From Narcine bancroftii (Eukaryota): a stretch of 64,000 nt of DNA. Below are positions 25,634 through 36,656 of this stretch, one piece after another. The stretch is taken from contig NC_091482.1 of NCBI RefSeq assembly GCF_036971445.1, positions 61,752,001-61,816,000 on the forward strand, written 5' to 3'. The stretch's first letter is position 1. Each line of letters opens with the position of its first letter. The notes beneath the pieces were generated by a model that worked only from the letters and a program-made list of their open reading frames with translations, was not told where the DNA came from and did not search any database. The position numbers were made by a program, and so were the translations under genes.

Positions 25634-27002
25634 CTGTGAAACAGAAGTCAACACCCACAGCGTTATTAAGATCAAGGGTTCATTACATTTTTCTCCCTCA
25701 CAATCATGTTTACAGTTTGTACCCACCATAATTATCAGAAAATTAATTATTATCATTGCTCCAAAAACACACTTCAGAGGATCTGAGTGAAAGCTTCATT
25801 CAGTGGTGACACTTGCCTTGGTTTGTGGCCCATGGGTTGAAGCCATATTGTAGCAATGGGCTTGACTGATGTTTTGATGGAATTCTGAGGTAGTGTTGCC
25901 CTGCCACAGGTCCCAGGAACCAGAATCATATACTCCTCACACCCTGGCCTCAACCACAGCCAAAACAGACTAGTTTCTGATATCCATTGTCCTTTGTTTT
26001 CATGTGAATTGAAAGGATGATAATTGTGATGTATTTCATTGGCTCTGCTACACAAGGATCTCTTCAGATCAGGAAAGGTGCTGTGTAAAACATTGAGAAT
26101 CCAACACAAGATTGCCCAGGAATCCTATTGGTTTGGCATCTACTTCAGGACACAAAGGTGCTGGAGGAACTCAGCAGGTCAGGCAACATCCATGCATAAC
26201 AACAGGGAGTTGAAGTTGGGGCCTGAGACCTTCTTCAGGTATGCCGAAAATCAGGTAGATATCCCAAATCTTATTCGGGCAAGGCTTCGGAGTACAGGCT
26301 AGCAAGTGATGGGTGGAAACTAAGAGAAAGGAGGTGATAGTGGGAGAGGCATAGGGTTGAGAATGAGGTCTCTAATAGAAGGGAAGAAGCCGTGGAGCCA
26401 GAGGGACAGCAGAACTGGGGAGGGGAGTTGCCGGGAATTGATGCCATCTGATTTGACATTACAAGGTGTTCCTCCAATTTATGCCATTGGTTTGTATGGG
26501 TGCTGACTGGCCTGCTGAGTTCCTCCAGGATCACGTGTGGTACTAATTTTCCAGCAACTGCAGACTTAATGTTTACCTGGTTTGGCATCTAACTCGCTCG
26601 GTTCTCCCTTTAAACTCACCAGGGCTCCATTCCTGATACTGATGAAAGTTTATTGACATGTATAAAGTACAATGTACAGTTGCACCAAAATTCTTACAAT
26701 GCAGCCAGCTACACTAATGACAATAGTATAAATTAAATTACCACAATATGCCAAGACAGAAAAACAGATAATATTCACATTCCCACTCTATTACCACCCT
26801 CCCATTAAACAGCTGATTAACAAAAAAATTATACCATAGTGTAACATCAAAATTGAATTATAGGTTGTTTGTTATATTAAAAGGAATAACATCCAGTAGT
26901 CCAGAAAATCTGCCAGTTCACCACCACTAGTTTTAAATACCAAATCAGAATTTACTGATCTTTTATTTCAGTGACAAATGATTTTTTGATAGATCAACTT
27001 AC

Positions 27003-27098
27003 CTTAATAATGTTATGGGCTGCCCTGTAAGCTCCAATTCCTTTCAGCTTTAACCCTGGTGCATGATGTCCCATCTCATATCCCTCTACAGCTATAGA
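27003..27098 (-). CDS. LCTL: LCTL exon 6
   Basis: SIAVEGYEMGHHAPGLKLKGIGAYRAAHNIIK; ttgtag| ... AAG|gtaagt. Confidence 0.96.
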
Positions 27099-28384
27099 CT
27101 ACAATATCAAATACATAAATATCAGTTCAAGACAGTTCACATATTTCACATTTATTTCATTGTCATCTGAAGGTCCTAAGGAGTGGGAATCCCACAGATG
27201 AGCTGCAGATATTCAATCCATCTCTGTCTTTTCCTAAATAGGGACCTGTGGTCAATTGAAGCAAGCAGCAAATGGCCCTTAGGGGCAAAGTGATAGAGGT
27301 CTGGAAGAATGAGAGTGGAGTGGAAGCAAAAACAGCATTTTGATGTATACTTAGGCAGGTAACCAAATGCTGGGAATCTGCAATTAGGCTGGTGATTCTT
27401 TACTGACCACAGATATGATGGGCTGAATGGCCTTTGACATCACCATTTTTCTTGAGAAACAGTAGATTAATGTTAAAATAACTTGGAAATTATCTTAAAA
27501 AAGTGCTCATTAGATTTTAGGTGTTGTACCCTGTTGGGAGCAGATCAACCCTAAACCTGAGGTCTCTTGTTCAGGATGATGCTGTTGGCTCCATTTTTGT
27601 TGGGTTTTTTTTATATATATAATTTCTTACACATGATCTCAGTTATTATATTAAACACAAAGCAATAAAAGGTTATGCGTGTGAGATAGGGAAAAATTAG
27701 ATTATGGTGGAGAAGGTCGGCACAACATTGTAGGCTGAAGGGCCTATACTGTGCTGTAATGTTCTATGGAAACATCAGAGAATGTAGTATTAGACTGGCT
27801 TCAATCATAAACATTTGGAAAGTGAAGCTTGAAAAAAATTGATCAAGATTGAAGTGAGAAGAGGAGATAGCAAAGATAAACAAAGAGGGAGAATGAGTCC
27901 CAATCCACAATATTGACTATTTATCTCCATGGATGCTGCCTGACTCAGAGTTTTTCCAGCTTCTCTGTTCACTGTGATAAACTGCTCTTAATCAGGTTTG
28001 TGGCACTGAAATGTGCTTGCTGCCCTGGGGAGCCTGTTCTTCCTGATTTTACAGTTGTGTTTGGATATGCATGATAAACTCATGAGGAACTACATTTTAC
28101 AAAGAAACTTCAACATGGAAGCAAGCTTTTCAATCTGTGCACATCCAAAGGACTGTTTCTTACTAGTATTTTAGTTTTTAAAGTTTGTCAGTTGTGTTTG
28201 TTTTAACTTGAAAACAAGAAACTTTAAGTCCAAAGACCTTTGTAGGAGAGAACTGTTAGATATGTTCATGGTTCATTTATCACAGCAGCTCCAAGAAATG
28301 ACATTAACACGCCAGTGAGATGCGTGCGGGAACTGAAATGTTATTGTAAAGTGCAAAAGTAAATATCCATAACACAAAACATAC

Positions 28385-28513
28385 CCAGGGGTTGTTGAAA
28401 GTTATCCAATGCTTTACTCTGTCACCAAATTTCTCAAAACACAGGTTGGCATAATCATTAAAGAAGTTAACCAGACTGCTGTTCTGCCAGCCACCATATC
28501 TATCTTGGAGGAC
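28385..28513 (-). CDS. LCTL: LCTL exon 5
   Basis: [43 protein letters not shown]; ttttag| ... TGG|gtatgt. Confidence 0.96.
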
Positions 28514-29334
28514 CTAAAATGATAAAGCGTTTTAAAGAGATAAATACAGAATGAAATACACCTATGACTGTGCAGTGAAGCAAAATTCAAATGCCATTTA
28601 CAAATTTGCTGATACCATAGTTGTCAGCAGAATCACAAATAGCAATGAGAAAGTGTACATGAATGAGCTAGGTCAGCTGGTCACCCAACTTTGCACTCAA
28701 CATTAGCAAAACTAAGGAACTGATTGTGAATTTCAGGAGGGGGAAACCAGGAGAACACAAACTAGTCCTCATCGAGGGGTTAGCAGTGGAAAGAACTTCA
28801 AATTCCTGGGTGTCAACATCCCTGAAGATCTATCCTGGGGCCTCTGTGTCGATGCAATCATGTAGAAGGCTCATCAGTAGCTATACTTTTTGTGGAGAGT
28901 TGGTATGTTACCAAAGGCTCTTGCAAATTTCTACAGGTGTACCATGGATAACATTCTGACAGGTTGCATCACTCTCGTATGAAGGTGCACAAGACAGGAA
29001 AAGACTACAAAGAGTTGTGAATTTGCCATCAAGGGCACCAGCCTTAACTTTATTAAGAACATCTACAAGAGGCAATGTCTCAAGACAGCAGCCTCCATCC
29101 TCTAGGACCCTCACATGCCCTCTTCTCACTGCTACCATTAGGAAGGAGGTACAAGAGCCTGAAGACGAACAACCAGTGGTACAAAAACAGCTTCTTCCCC
29201 TCCACCATCAGATTTCTGAATGAACAATGAATCATGACACTACCTCACTTTCTCTTCTTTTGCACTAACTATTTTTTTTTTAAATGTAATAGGAACTTTT
29301 GCACCTGTAACCAAAATAATGAATTTTGTGACAT

Positions 29335-29337
<3 letters not shown>

Positions 29338-29379
<42 letters not shown>

Positions 29380-31778
29380 CACACCATAAATCACATTAGC
29401 CATGATATACACAATTTCTTTTTCACACATATACAGTGACTTTTTCTCCCCCCCCCCTTTCCTCCCAAACCACCCCCCCACCCCCCCTCTCATCCATTTT
29501 AGGTATACAATCTAGGTTGCATTAATCCAGTCAGACAATGTTGTCATTCAACAAAATTACACCAGAAATTCTACTGAGTCCATTCTTTTCTTTCCTTCTC
29601 CTTCCATCAACTTAGGTAATGTTTGTCCCCGGTAGGTTTTCGCTATTGTATTTAATGTAAGGCTCCTATACTTGTTCGAATATTTCAATATTATTTCTTA
29701 ACCAATATGTTATTTTTTCTAATGGAATACATTTATTCATTTAAATTTGGTAGTTTATTCCTTTTAATTTGGTTATGTATTCCATTAATATTTAAAGACA
29801 TATAGTTCAGCGTAGCCCTTTTATATTTTGTTTATCTTCTCTTTCCGTTTTTCCATCATTACCTTTCCTCCTTTTCCATTTCTGTTTTCTTATTTTCAAC
29901 TCTTTATAAGACAACATTCCTACAACATCCAACATTTTCCTTATTCTCCTATTTCTATCTTATTTATTCCCAATCTCCCATTCACCTCCTGAGTTGTCCT
30001 TTATCCCTTGTCGGACAACCACATCTCCCCTCTCCATTTGGATTTGCGAATCCACTCGCAAGCGTCAACTGATTTTGCAGTGACCGCTATTTCCCCCCAC
30101 CCCGCCTCCCCCAGAAAAGATTTCACTTTTCATATGTCACAAAGGTCACTCTTTTAATTCCCTCCTTATTCTCTCTATTTCATTACCTTCCCTTATTAAT
30201 TCTTGTCTATACTATCTATATTTTCCTCTAAGTACAGATACATTCACGTATGCTCCTTGTCTCTATTCACTCTTATACCTCTTTACCCGCATACATATCA
30301 ATCGTGATCATTTTTACTCTCATTACCCGTCTTCATCCCTCAGTCTATTTTTGTCTTTACCCACATACATATCAATTGTGATCATCTTAACTCTCATTAC
30401 CCGTCTTCCTCCCTCAGTCTATTTTTGTAATTGTTCTGCAAATTTTCGTGCTTCTTCTGGATCCGAGAATAGTCTGTTTTGTTGTCCTGGAATAAATATT
30501 TTCAATACCGCTGGATGCTTTAGTATAAATTTATACCCTTTCTTCCATAAAATCGCCTTTGCTGTATTGAACTCTTTTCTCTTCTTTAGGAGTTCAAAAC
30601 TTATATCTGGATAAATGAAGATTTTTTGCCCTTTATACTCCAGTGGTTTGTTGCCCTCTCTTACTTTTTCCATTGTCTTCTCCAGTACCTTTTCTCTTGT
30701 AGTATATCTTAGGAATTTTACTACAATAGATCTTGGTTTTTGTTGTGGTTGTGGTTTAGAGGCCAATACTCTATGTGCCCTTTCTATTTCCAATTCTTGC
30801 TGTAGTTCTGGACATCCTAGGGTCTTAGGGATCCACTCTTTTATAAACTCCCTCATATTCTTGCCTTCTTCATCTTCCTTAAGGCCCACTATCTTTATGT
30901 TATTTCTTCTGTTATGGTTTTCCATTGTATCTATTTTTTGAGCTAGTAGTTCTTGTGTCTCTTTAGTTTTTTTATTAGATTTCTCCAATTTCTTTTTTAA
31001 GTCTTCTACCTCCATTTCTGCTGCTACTGCCCGCTCTTCCATCTTGTCCATTTTCTTTCCCATTTCTGTTAAGGTCATCTCCATTTTATTTATTTTCTCT
31101 TCTGTGTTGTTTATTCTTTTTCTTAAATCCTTAAATTCCTGTGTTTGCCATTCTTTAAATGATTCCATGTATCCTCTAATAAGAGCAAGTATATCCTTTA
31201 CCTTGCCTCTCTTTTCTTCTTCTATTTCACCATACTCTTCCTCTTCTTCTTCCTCTGGGTTGGCCATCTGTTGTTTCTTTGTTGCCCTTTCCTCCTCTTC
31301 TTTCTTGTTTCTGTTGTCTTCTGTGGTCTCTTCTTGCTGCAGGTGTTCTGCAGCTGTCGTTGCCGGCTGTGGAGATCGACTCCCCAGCTGGTCCCCCCTC
31401 CCGTCGGTGTGTTTTTTTTCATTCGCATCGCGCATGCGCGAAACTTCGCGCATGCGCGGTTGCGCACTTTTACTCGGCTCTGCGAGCCATTTTTGTAGTC
31501 CATTATTTACCGACCTGAGGGAGCGGGTTTCTCTCTCCGCAGCGGGCCTCTTCGGACAGGTAAGGCCTTCACCTTTTTCCTCCTTTGTCTTCTCTTCCTC
31601 TCTTCTTACCGTTGCTTTCGACTTTTCTTTTTTTGTCGCCATCTTCTTTCCACCTTTATACTCACTTTTCTGTAACTTTTATTTCTGTGCCTTTGTGTTT
31701 TCTCTTGTTTTTCCCGACTTTTCTGGAGAGGGCTGGAGTTCACCGTCCGGCCACTACTCCATCGCGTGACTCCTCCCC
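29338..31778 (-). mobile_element. L1-clade non-LTR retrotransposon with both ends and intact ORF1 but almost all ORF2 deleted (HAL1-like, non-autonomous)
   Basis: Duplicated AATTTTGTGACATGTT at 29322-29337 and 31779-31794 (last TT overlaps the tail). T44 tract at 29336-29379; 5' end GGGGAGGAGTCACGCGATGG; ORF1 30419-31642; ORF2 stubs 29742-29819 and 29612-29740. Confidence 0.93.
30419..31642 (-). CDS. L1-type ORF1p (Transposase_22/L1TD1-like: coiled coil, RRM, CTD), 407 aa
   Basis: Heptad coiled coil followed by ENHNRRNNIKIVGLKE, IERAHR, PRSIVVKFLRY, IFIYPDIS, KRKEF and HPAVLKIF, all hallmark L1 ORF1p motifs. Alternative start at Met126 (31267). Confidence 0.92.
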   Translation of the reverse strand: MATKKEKSKATVRREEEKTKEEKGEGLTCPKRPAAERETRSLRSVNNGLQKWLAEPSKSAQPRMREVSRMRDANEKKHTDGRGDQLGSRSPQPATTAAEHLQQEETTEDNRNKKEEEERATKKQQMANPEEEEEEEYGEIEEEKRGKVKDILALIRGYMESFKEWQTQEFKDLRKRINNTEEKINKMEMTLTEMGKKMDKMEERAVAAEMEVEDLKKKLEKSNKKTKETQELLAQKIDTMENHNRRNNIKIVGLKEDEEGKNMREFIKEWIPKTLGCPELQQELEIERAHRVLASKPQPQQKPRSIVVKFLRYTTREKVLEKTMEKVREGNKPLEYKGQKIFIYPDISFELLKKRKEFNTAKAILWKKGYKFILKHPAVLKIFIPGQQNRLFSDPEEARKFAEQLQK

Positions 31779-31866
31779 AATTTTGTGACATGTTCATGAC
31801 AATAAATTCTGATCCTTCTTCTGCACTTGCTTTATCATTACAGTCTCTTTCCAGTGCCCTCTAGAA

Positions 31867-32246
31867 CAGTGGTTTTCAAACCACTCCCCAATTCACATTC
31901 CACCTTAAGCAATCCCAATGCCATAAATGCTCTGTGATTAGTAAGGGATTGCCTAAGGTGGTATGTGAGTGGAAAGAAAAAGGTTTGAAAAACTACTGTT
32001 TTAATCGTACCTAATTGACTCGTTATGTGCATGGTTTCATAACTCCAAAGGAATGGCCAATGACAATTTTTCTCAACCAAAGTATTTCAGTAACAATTGG
32101 GTCTGGAGTAGTGGTTCTCAATCTTCCCTTCCCTTCCCTTCCCACTCACAGACCACCTTAAGCCCCTTACCAATCACAGAGCACTTATGGCATAGGAATT
32201 GCCTAAGGTGGAATGTGAGTGTAGGGGGGCAGTTTGAGGACCTCTG
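31867..32246. mobile_element. hAT-Charlie-type MITE with long inverted arms
   Basis: Ends CAGTGGTTTTCAAAC and GTTTGAGGACCTCTG; 8-bp flanks CTCTAGAA/CTTTAGAG; related pieces near 45415-45476 and 53292-53416. Confidence 0.75.
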
Positions 32247-33373
32247 CTTTAGAGCTAATTAATTTGTTTCAACCTAACCAGGAAATCCATCCAGATCAAT
32301 TGGTATCTACAGGCAGATCATGGCTCTGTATTTATATTAATAAGGCCAGAATGCTGAAGAGTAAAGACAGTCTGTGTCCTGCATCCCCAGAATTGGACCA
32401 AAGTTGGAAGAAAACCCAAATTGTACAGCTGTGAAGAGAGACGATCAAAGACCAAGTTGAACCCAGCTCTTTCCTGATCCCCTTCCCATCAATGATGTTT
32501 GACAAGACTGTGAAATTCTCAAGACACTAACACATCGATGCCCAAAAAAGTTTAATCTCCAAAGTCTCTGTAAATACTCAAAGGTATTGAGTTAAAAACA
32601 TTAGAAGAGTATTTTATCTATCCAAAAAAAGTGATCATAATCCAAATCTGGGGAGGGGCCTGTTCATGTGTCATTTCAGCAATTTCAATAAACCACTGAC
32701 GCAAAAACACTGCAGTAAAGGAGAGAGCAGATGGTGGGAACATGTCAAATTTTGTATTTCCCATCCAAAATCTAATTGTAAATTACCTATTGGAATTGAG
32801 GGTAGCCACGGAGAATGTAGTTCAAGTGTGACTTTGATACATGAGAAATGGCAATTAAAGGTTAAAGAGACTTCTCAGTCAGGAGGTCTCTGCATCTGCA
32901 CCATTCCACCCTTACAGATGCCCTTCTTGGAAAAGATTGCAATTATTTAAGGTTTAATGTCAAGAAGAATTAGACAGGGTTTCTCGTGATTCTTTGGAAA
33001 AAGAACAGCCCCTCTTGCTCAAATGAAATCTGACCCTGGGTGAGGCATAGGACATGGAATATGGATGTTACTCCCAAAGTCAGCATTTATTGTCCTTTCC
33101 TGACTCGGGTTAATGTGGAGCCAAGCACATCAGTGGGTCTAGAGTAACATACTAGGCATGGAGAAGTGGATGCAGTCATTCCTCTGTGAGGGCAGTTAGT
33201 AAGTAATGTTCAAAGAGATTTTGGGAAAATTGGAATATAAAAGCAATATAAAATCCTTCAAATTTAAAAGGTTTGTCTGCACTCAGGGAAAAATAGGATG
33301 GGATTTATTTGTTCTCACACATTGCAGGCAGGTTTATTGCCTTTGAGAAGATGATGTGGGAAATCTTGAATCA

Positions 33374-33589
<216 letters not shown>

Positions 33590-34227
33590 TCATTTAAAAA
33601 GAGAGTATTTCTTGTTCTACACTGCTCTAACCTTCCTAGTCTGTGCTCCTTTCTTTGTATCCTTGGACCTCCTTTCATAACTATATAGACAGTGGTGCAA
33701 TATTAATAAAACTAAACTGCTGAATGGGGCAGCAGCGCTGGAGATTTGGTAGGGGTGGGGAGGAAGGGCTGAGAGTGTCATTGCTCAGTGAGGATTTTTA
33801 ATATTCAGGTAGTACTTCAGCATCAGTGAGATTGGGGGTATACAGCGGTTACCCGACCCCACACAGTGCAGTAGGTTTGGATACAGGGCTGGCAGAAGTC
33901 AGAATGCCAGGCCAGTTCTTCACACCTGGGCTGTCGCAGCTGTTGGGCAAGCACACAGTCTCTGCCTCTTGCCCTAAAGGATTCTGAATGGAGAGTGAAC
34001 TTATAATTATATGACAGATTAAAATCCTCAACTCCTACCACTTTCACCCTGATTAACACCCTTACACTCTCTGCCAACAATACACCACTCCATGGGTACT
34101 AAAGTGCAAGTCGGGACTATGCTACGGGGAGGGATTCTGCTCACTTCCGACAACATTAATATTAGCATGTTGGCCTTAAGAGAAGGCAGATGCCCTTCCA
34201 GCAGATAAGCAAAGTGAGTGGTGCTAC

Positions 34228-34315
34228 CTTTTATCCCCGTGGGGATGACTCGAGGCCAGGAAAGAGAAAAACGATAATGATCGACCTTCAGTTCCTTTAG
34301 CAAGGCAATGTCCTC
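34228..34315 (-). CDS. LCTL: LCTL exon 3
   Basis: EDIALLKELKVDHYRFSLSWPRVIPTGIK; ttgcag| ... G|gtagca. Confidence 0.96.
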
Positions 34316-34649
34316 CTGCAATAAACCCAAGTGTTAACCAGGCATTATATGCATGAGAATTATCAGTATTAATTGACTTGGAAAATCATTTCATTAAAAA
34401 GCCAGGTAGCGTGAGCAAGTATCTTCACCAATAAGGCATGTTACTGGAGGATAATTACAGACAGATTTTGTGCTTAAATTCAGATTCATTTTCTGAATTT
34501 GACTGACAGTGGCCGATTCAATCAAATCCATTACGTCTTGGAATAGCATTTAACCATAATCACACCTCAAACATTCTATTGTCTATAAAATGCCTCAAGA
34601 TGTTCTGAAAAGCTCTGTGTGAATACCAGATTCTGATACATGCCCTTAC

Positions 34650-34810
34650 CTTGAATTTATAATAGCTTTCACATGATGAATCCCCGGTTTCATTCAGGAA
34701 TACTTTTCCTTTTTTATGCGTGAAAGCATCCCAGATGCTGAGTCCTTTCCCATCTTGATTCCAAGCCCCTTCAGTCTGATAAGCTGAACTGCCCACACCC
34801 CAGGAGAAAC
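34650..34810 (-). CDS. LCTL: LCTL exon 2
   Basis: (G)[53 protein letters not shown]; gtttcag| ... AAG|gtaagg. Confidence 0.96.
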
Positions 34811-36528
34811 CTGAAACCGATACAGTACAGTACCCCGTTAGCCAGAATTCAATCAACCTGAAACTCAAACTACCGGCAAAAAACACTGAGGCAACAAACA
34901 AATAAATTAAAATAAATAAGACTGAGTAGATGGACCCTGTGGGGGATCACTTAGACCTCGTTGGACATGCGCAAGTTTGCCCCGCTGAACTGGCAATGCC
35001 CCCTCAATGTGCGCGCTTTCTTTTCGCTGTCGCCACTTGCTTGGCAGTGCTTTAGGTGTATTAGTCAGGCTTTATCTGTAAACTTGGATGGGGGGGGGGG
35101 TTTAATTATGACAACGGAATGGTTAGTGTAGCAGCAAGTGCAACTGTTACAGCGCTAGGACTGTGGTTCGAATTTAAATTTTGTAAATTACAGGAATTGC
35201 CCAATTAAAGTACATATTCAAAGACTATAATAATGACATTTTTTTCAAATTAATTTACATTTGGCACTGTCTTTTGTCTTTTAAATGGTGTTTTCTTAAT
35301 ACAGGTGTATTAGGCATTGGAAGAGTGAGCCTCAGTCCACCGGAAAATTCATAAATCCCAACAGCCGCGATCCCTGCAAGTGCATGATAATGGGGATTCT
35401 AAGGTATTTAACATTCATTACATTTTTCCTTGAGAATACGCCAACTTGCTTGAAAGTAATATTATCTAATATTTCTTAAGTTTATCTTTCTTTATAACAC
35501 AGGAGACTGTCTTTTAGCCCCTTGAATGAATATTGACGATTAGAACAGTCCTATCATTCCCATTCCTTCACTGATCTCCTGCACATACCTGTCAACATGC
35601 AGATTCTCCTGCCTCCTACCTACATCTGGAGGAAAATCACATGGCCACAGGGAGAAACTTGGAACTGGAGCCAAGGTCAGGCTCAAACCCAGGTCATTAG
35701 TGATGAGGCAACAGCTGTACCTGCCACCCAAAAGTGCTGCCCATACACATTCCAGCACAGAAGTACTGCTTGACACCACTCTGAAGTAATTTTGGAAATT
35801 ATTTGTGGCTGGTTTCATCAGTGATAAGAAACTAACAAACCATTCAGGAACCGCAGCTAGATAGGCCCATTCACCAGCACATCCCAGGCAGAGCACAGAT
35901 GTTACAAAAAAGCAGAGAGGACAAATTTTCAGGCACTGAATTGGGTTTTAGGAGCCTCTAAAGAGGAGAAAGTGTCCAGACAGATGAAAGCACAGCCTCC
36001 ATTCCTACAGTGATGGCTGTAAAGCTGTGAGTGTTGGGGGAACTTGGGTATCTCAGAGGGGTGGAGGACCAGAAGAGGTTACATGGATAGCGGAGTGTCA
36101 CAGGCAAGGGGAACAGACACAAAATCCCTAGAGGAATTTGTAAACAAGGATGGGAATTATACCATCAAGATCTTACTTAGCCTGATGCCAATGTAGCTTC
36201 CACAAACAGCCCCGGGAGTGGAATGAGAGAGGATTCAAATGCAAATCAGATACATTTCTGGTATGAAATAACATCCGAAAGGATGTGTGCAGTGTGCTAG
36301 AGGGGAGCAGATAAGATTGGACCTGATATTTCCAAAGGGCTGTACTCAGTCAATTAGTCTATATTCAATGGAGCACATAGGAATAATAGGGGTTTCATAG
36401 ACTACTCAGGGAGAAATCGTCAGTATGGATACAGAGGCTATGGAATCCTGAATTAGGAATCACAGGTTAAGATGCAAGATCAACTACTTGGGAAGTGTTT
36501 TTTTTTTAATTTACAGTAGTGGCTGCTC

Positions 36529-36656
36529 AGTTATTTGAGGCTGAGATTGGTCCATTTTGGGGGTTATAACAAACTGAGGAACATTGGAATAAAGTTATTT
36601 GAGGCTGAGATTGGTCCATTTTAGGGGCTATAACAAATTGAGGAACATTGGAATAA
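36529..36656 (+). repeat. Tandem duplication, 2 x 64 bp
   Basis: AGTTATTTGAGGCTGAGATTGGTCCATTTT...GAGGAACATTGGAATAA occurs twice with 3 substitutions. Confidence 0.9.

Larger units (their letters stand above)
28557..31815 (+). mobile_element. Decayed 5'-truncated Rex1/Babar-type LINE, split in its 3' tail by the L1-derived insertion
   Basis: RT remnant YTYDCAVKQNSNAIYKFAD at about 28557-28613. The 3' tail resumes after the second TSD as CATGACAATAAATTCTGA (31795-31812), the same tail type as at 258-275. Confidence 0.75.

Noticed and set aside
29269-29493. ORF with a poly-Lys run
   Set aside because: It is the translated poly(A) tail and 3'UTR of the L1 derivative.
30419-31642. Domesticated L1TD1-like host gene
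   Set aside because: Perfect TSD, pure poly(A) tail and element ends indicate a recent insertion, not an old domesticated gene.
31044-31769. 241-aa plus-strand ORF antisense to ORF1 (ORF0-like?)
   Set aside because: Ser/Phe/Leu-rich mirror of the Glu/Lys-rich ORF1, with a non-ATG start and no recognisable domain; expected shadow ORF.
36529-36656. Repeat resembling a CRISPR or regulatory array
   Set aside because: Only two adjacent copies with no spacers, inside a CR1-like remnant of a vertebrate intron.
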